A DNA stretch of 64,000 nucleotides, taken from NCBI GenBank assembly GCA_964016885.1, contig OZ024743.1, positions 139,872,001 to 139,936,000 on the forward strand. The letters are read 5' to 3'. This DNA comes from Eledone cirrhosa. Its lineage: Eukaryota. The notes beneath the pieces are model-generated. The model was not told the DNA's origin, did no database searches, and saw only the letters and a program-made list of their open reading frames with translations. Of the stretch, positions 57,800-64,000 are shown piece by piece. A program made the position numbers and the translations under genes. How positions within the stretch are numbered: position 1 is the stretch's first letter; each line of letters begins with the position of its first letter.

Positions 57800-60700
57800 C
57801 CAAGCACCAAGCACCAAACACATAACACCAAGCACCAAGCACCAAGCACCAAGCACCGAACACCAAGCACATAACACCAAGCACCAAACACCAAGCACCA
57901 AGCACCAAACACCAAGCACCAAACACCAAGCACCAAGCACCAAGCACCAAACACCAAGCACCAGGCACCAAGCACCAAGCCCCAAACACTTAACACCAAG
58001 CACCAAGCACCAAGCACCAAACACCAATCACCAAAAACCAAATACCAAGCACCAAGTACCAAACACCAAGCACCAAGCACCAAACACCAAGCAGCAAGCA
58101 CCAATCACCAAACACCAAGAACCAAGCACCAAACACCAAGCACCAAGCACCAAGCACCAGGCACCAAGCACCAAGCACCAAACACAAAACACCAAGCACC
58201 AAGCACCAAGCAGCAAACACCAAGCATCAAACACCAAACACCAAACACCAAGCACCAAGCACCAAGCAGCAAACAGCAAGCATCAAACACCAAACACCAA
58301 ACACCAAGCACCAAACACCAAGCACCAAGCACCAAACACCAAACACCAAGCACCAAGCACCAAGCACCAAACACCAAACACCAAGCACCAAACACCAAAC
58401 ACCAAGCACCAAGCACCAAACACCAAACAACAAGCACCAAGCACCAAGCAAAAAACACCAAACACCAAGCACGCAGCATCAAACACCAAGCACCAAGCAC
58501 CAAGCACCAAACACCAAGCACCAGGCACCAAGCACCAAGCACCAAACACTTAACACCAAGCACCAAGCACCAAACACCAATCACCAAAAACCAAACACCA
58601 AGCACCAAGTACCAAACACCAAGCACCAAGCACCAAACACCAAGCAGCAAGCACTAATCACCAAACACCAAGAACCAAGCACCAAACACCAAGCACCAAG
58701 CACCAAGCACCAGGCACCAAGCACCAAGCACCAAACACAAAACACCAAGCACCAAGCACCAAGCAGCAAACACCAAGCATCAAACACCAAACACCAAACA
58801 CCAAGCACCAAGCACCAAGCAGCAAACAGCAAGCATCAAACACCAAACACCAAACACCAAGCACCAAACACCAAGCACCAAGCACCAAACACCAAACACC
58901 AAGCACCAAGCACCAAGCACCAAACACCAAACACCAAGCACCAAACACCAAACACCAAGCACCAAGCACCAAACACCAAACAACAAGCACCAAGCACCAA
59001 GCAAAAAACACCAAACACCAAGCACGCAGCATCAAACACCAAGCACCAAGCACCAAGCACCAAACACCAAGCACCAAGCACCAAGCACCAAGTACCAAAC
59101 ACCAAACACCAAGCACCAAACACCAAACACCAAGCACCAATCACCAAGCACGAAACACCAGGCACCAAGCACCAAGCACCAAACACCAAACACCAAGCAC
59201 TAAGCACCAAACACCAAACAACAAGCACCAGGCACCAAGCACCAAACACCAAACACCAAGCACGCATCACCAAACACCAAGCACCAAGCACCAAGCACCA
59301 AAAACCAAGCACCAAGCACCAAGCACCAAACACCAGACACCAAACACCAAGCACCAAGAACCAAACACCAAACACCAAACAGCAAGCACCAAGCACCAAA
59401 CACCAAGCACCAAACACCAAACCCCAAGGACCAATCACCAAACACTAATCACCAAGCACCAAGCACCAAACACCGAGCACCAAACACCAAGCACCAAGCA
59501 CCAAACACCAAACCCCAACCACCATAGACCAAGCACCAAGCACCAAGGAACAAACACCAAGCACCAAGCACCAAGCACCAAACACCCAGCACCAAGCACC
59601 AAGCATCAAACAACAAGCACCAAGCACCAAACACCAAACACCAAACACCAAGCACCAAGCACTAAACAGCAAGCACCAAACACCAAACACCAAACAGCAA
59701 ACACCAAACAGCAAACACCAAACACCAAACACCAAACAGCAAACACCAAACGCCAAACACCAAGCACCAAGCACCAAGCACCAAACACCAAGCACCAAGC
59801 TCCAAGCACAAAACACCAAACACCAAGCACCAAGGACCAAACATCAAACACCAAGCACCAAGCACCAAACAACAAACACCAAGCACCAAACACCAAGCAC
59901 CAAACACCAAGCACCAAACACCAAGCACCAAACACCAAACACCAAGCACCAAGCACCAAGCACCAAACACCAAGCACCAAACACCAAGTCCCACGCACCA
60001 AGCAGCAAACAACAAGCACCAAGCCCCAAGCACCAAACACCAAGCACCAAGCACCAAGCCCCTAGCACCAAACACCAAACACCAAGCACCAAGCACAAAA
60101 CACCAAGCACCAATCACCAAGCACCAAACACCAAGCAGCAAGCAGCAAGCACCAAACACCAAACACCAAGCACCAAGCACCAAATACCAAACACCAAGCA
60201 CCAAGTACCAAGCACCAAACACCAAGCACCAAACACCAAGCACCAAGCACCAAGCACCAAACACCAAGCACCAGGCACCAAGCACCAAGCCCCAAACACT
60301 TAACACCAAGCACCAAGCACCAAGCACCAAACACCAATCACCAAAAACCAAACACCAAGCACCAAGTACCAAACACCAAGCACCAAGCACCAAACACCAA
60401 GCAGCAAGCACCAATCACCAAACACCAAGAACCAAGCACCAAACACCAAACACCAAGCACCAAGCACCAGGCACCAAGCACCAAGCACCAAACACAAAAC
60501 ACCAAGCACCAAGCACCAAGCAGCAAACACCAAGCATCAAACACCAAACACCAAACACCAAGCACCAAGCACCAAGCAGCAAACAGCAAGCATCAAACAC
60601 CAAACACCAAACACCAAGCACCAAACACCAAGCACCAAGCACCAAACACCAAACACCAAGCACCAAGCACCAAACACCAAACACCAAGCACCAAACACCA

Positions 60701-63700
60701 AACACCAAGCACCAAGCACCAAACACCAAACAACAAGCACCAAGCACCAAGCAAAAAACACCAAACACCAAGCACGCAGCATCAAACACCAAGCACCAAG
60801 CACCAAGCACCAAACACCAAGCACCAGGCACCAAGCACCAAGCCCCAAACACTTAACACCAAGCACCAAGCACCAAACACCAATCACCAAAAACCAAACA
60901 CCAAGCACCAAGTACGAAACACCAAGCACCAAGCACCAAACACCAAGCAGCAAGCACCAATCACCAAACACCAAGAACCAAGCACCAAACACCAAGCACC
61001 AAGCACCAAGCACCAGGCACCAAGCACCAAGCACCAAACACAAAACACCAAGCACCAAGCACCAAGCAGCAAACACCAAGCATCAAACACCAAACACCAA
61101 ACACCAAGCACCAAGCGCCAAGCAGCAAACAGCAAGCATCAAACACCAAACACCAAACACCAAGCACCAAACACCAAGCACCAACACCAAACACCAAACA
61201 CCAAGCACCAAGCACCAAGCACCAAACACCAAACACCAAGCACCAAACACCAAACACCAAGCACCAAGCACCAAACACCAAACAACAAGCACCAAGCACC
61301 AAGCAAAAAACACCAAACACCAAGCACGCAGCCTCAAACACCAAGCACCAAGCACCAAGCACCAAACACCAAGCACCAAGCACCAAGCACCAAGTACCAA
61401 ACACCAAACACCAAGCACCAAACACCAAACACCAAGCACCAATCACCAAGCACGAAACACCAGGCACCAAGCACCAAGCACCAAGCACCAAGCACCAAAC
61501 ACCAAGTACCAATCACCAAACACCAAGCACCAAGCACCAAACACCAAGCACCAGGCACCAAGCACCAAACACCAAGCACCAAGCACCAAACACCAAGCAC
61601 CAAGACCGAAGCAGCAAACACCAAGCACCAAGCACAAAGCACCAAGCACCAAGCACCAAAAACCAAACACCAAGAACCAAGCACCAAACACCAAACACCA
61701 AACACCAAGCACCAAACACCAAGCACCAAGCACCAAACACCAAACACCAAGCACCAAGCACCAAGCACCAAACACCAAACACCAAGCAACAAACACCAGA
61801 TACCAAGCACCAAGCACCAAACACCAAACTCCAAGCACCAAGCACCAAACACCAAACAACAAGCACCAGGCACCAAGCACCAAACACCAAACACCAAGCA
61901 CCAAGCACCAAACACCAAACACCAAGCACGCAGCATTAAACACCAAGCACCAAGCACCAAGCACCAAACACCAAGCACCAAGCACCAAGCACCAACCACC
62001 AAACACAAAGCACCAAGCATCAAACACCAAGCACCAAGCACCAAACACCAAGCACCAAGTAACAAACACCAAACCCAAAGCACCAAGCACCAAACACTGA
62101 TCACCAAGCACCAAGCACCAAACAACAAGCACCAAGCACCAAGCACCAGGCACCAAGCACCAAGCACCAAACACTAATCACCAAGCACCAAGCACCAAAC
62201 ACCATGCACCAAGCACCAAGCACCAAACACCAAGCACCAAGCACCAAACACCAAACACCAAGATCCAAAGACCAAGCACCAAGCCCCAATCACCAAGCAT
62301 CAAAAAATAAGCACCAAGCACCAAACACCAAGCACCAAGCACCAAACACCAACCACCCATCACCAAGCACCAAGCACCAAACACCAAGCACCAAACACCA
62401 AACACCAAACACCAAGCACCAAGCACCAAGCGCCAAGCACCAAACACCAAGCACCAAGCACTAAGCACCAAACACCAAGCCCCAAGCAGCAAGCACCAAA
62501 CACCAAACACCAAGCACCAAGCACCAAACACCAAGCACCAAGCACCAAGCACCTAGCACCAAACACCAAACACCAAGCACCAAGCACCAAACACCAAGCA
62601 CCAATCACCAAGCACCAAACACCAGGCAGCAAGCAGCAATCACCAAACACCAAACACCAAGCACCAAGCACCAAACACCAAGCACCAAGCACCAAACACC
62701 AAGCACCAAACACATAACACCAAGCACCAAGCACCAAGCACCAAGCACCGAACACCAAGCACATAACACCAAGCACCAAACACCAAGCACCAAGCACCAA
62801 ACACCAAGCTCCAAACACCAAGCACCAAGCACCAAGCACCAAACACCAAGCACCAGGCACCAAGCACCAAGCCCCAAACACTTAACACCAAGCACCAAGC
62901 ACCAAGCACCAAACACCAATCACCAAAAACCAAACACCAAGCACCAAGTACCAAACACCAAGCACCAAGCACCAAACACCAAGCAGCAAGCACCAATCAC
63001 CAAACACCAAGAACCAAGCACCAAACACCAAGCACCAAGCACCAAGCACCAGGCACCAAGCACCAAGCACCAAACACAAAACACCAAGCACCAAGCACCA
63101 AGCAGCAAACACCAAGCATCAAACACCAAACACCAAACACCAAGCACCAAGCACCAAGCAGCAAACAGCAAGCATCAAACACCAAACACCAAACACCAAG
63201 CACCAAACACCAAGCACCAAGCACCAAACACCAAACACCAAGCACCAAGCACCAAGCACCAAACACCAAACACCAAGCACCAAACACCAAACACCAAGCA
63301 CCAAGCACCAAACACCAAACAACAAGCACCAAGCACCAAGCAAAAAACACCAAACACCAAGCACGCAGCATCAAACACCAAGCACCAAGCACCAAGCACC
63401 AAACACCAAGCACCAAGCACCAAGCACCAAGTACCAAACACCAAACACCAAGCACCAAACACCAAACACCAAGCACCAATCACCAAGCACGAAACACCAG
63501 GCACCAAGCACCAAGCACCAAACACCAAACACCAAGCACTAAGCACCAAACACCAAACAACAAGCACGAGGCACCAAGCACCAAACACCAAACACCAAGC
63601 ACGCATCACCAAACACCAAGCACCAAGCACCAAGCACCAAAAACCAAGCACCAAGCACCAAGCACCAAACACCAGACACCAAACACCAAGCACCAAGAAC

Positions 63701-64000
63701 CAAACACCAAACACCAAACAGCAAGCACCAAGCACCAAACACCAAGCACCAAACACCAAACCCCAAGGACCAATCACCAAACACTAATCACCAAGCACCA
63801 AGCACCAAACACCGAGCACCAAACACCAAGCACCAAGCACCAAACACCAAACCCCAACCACCATAGACCAAGCACCAAGCACCAAGGAACAAACACCAAG
63901 CACCAAGCACCAAGCACCAAACACCCAGCACCAAGCACCAAGCATCAAACAACAAGCACCAAGCACCAAACACCAAACACCAAACACCAAGCACCAAGCA
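57800..64000 (+). repeat. Nested duplications: about 550-bp module in five copies plus a 4.3-4.9 kb offset copy running off the window end
   Basis: ORF family at 58028, 58581 (+553), 60338, 60884 (+546) and 62920. Identical ORFs 58658..59140/62997..63479 and 58836..59441/63175..63780 (offset 4339); 57990/62882 (4892). Confidence 0.88.

Larger units (their letters stand above)
1..64000 (+). repeat. Heptameric satellite array (CACCAAG/CACCAAA)n, about 9,140 units, extending beyond both window edges
   Basis: Every line parses into 7-mers CACCAAG or CACCAAA plus a minority of variants (CACCAAT, CACCAGG, CAGCAAG, CATCAAA, CACTAAT, CCCCAAG, CACCTAG etc.). No inversion or non-repeat insert was seen. 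Confidence 0.99.

Noticed and set aside
1-64000. Hundreds of ORFs (poly-HQAPSTK on +, poly-LVLGAWC on -), up to 591 aa
   Set aside because: They are automatic consequences of a stop-free heptamer. They overlap in all frames, have no unique domain or frame-specific constraint, and stops and frameshifts are amplified freely.
1-64000. CRISPR array or other repeat-spacer system
   Set aside because: There are no unique spacers; everything between markers is the same heptamer, and there are no cas-like genes.
1-64000. Active telomerase-synthesised telomere tract
   Set aside because: The G/A pattern and rare variants are copied in kb-size blocks up to 35 kb apart, which indicates recombination or duplication rather than de novo templated addition. 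The consensus also lacks GGG.
1-64000. Cyanobacterial STRR-type heptamer repeats or a bacterial VNTR
   Set aside because: Those are short intergenic or intragenic tracts with other consensus units. A gene-free array of at least 64 kb does not fit.
1-64000. Canonical G-quadruplex, hairpin or terminator structures
   Set aside because: The minus strand has only GG doublets (GGGG only in isolated CCCCAAG-type variants), and the A/C-only strand has almost no self-complementarity. No inverted blocks were seen.
1-64000. Whole window as a pure sequencing artefact or deliberately encoded binary message
   Set aside because: Hierarchically shared variants and indels with graded divergence fit natural satellite evolution. 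Local copy-number misassembly cannot be excluded without reads.

Overview
The whole 64 kb window is one uninterrupted, single-orientation tandem array of a 7-bp unit, CACCAAR, with CACCAAG and CACCAAA interleaved (minus strand CTTGGTG/TTTGGTG; about 9,140 units). I see no credible gene, RNA gene, transposon, CRISPR array or unique sequence. All ORFs in the track are translations of the repeat (HQAPSTK/HQTPNTK on +, LVLGAWC/LVFGVWC on -). The structure lies in rare variant heptamers. They recur in a conserved order, defining an older cycle of about 1.35-1.39 kb (193-198 units). That cycle was re-amplified as 2.2-3.5 kb higher-order repeats, small local duplications (238-847 bp offsets) and long-range copies (about 19, 29 and 35 kb apart). 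I count only 17 single-base shifts of the 7-bp register. Variant content changes between the left and right parts of the window. This is most consistent with a eukaryotic simple-sequence satellite (centromeric, pericentromeric or subtelomeric heterochromatin). Organism and function cannot be determined from this sequence. Block boundaries were read by eye and from ORF-track offsets, so they are approximate.
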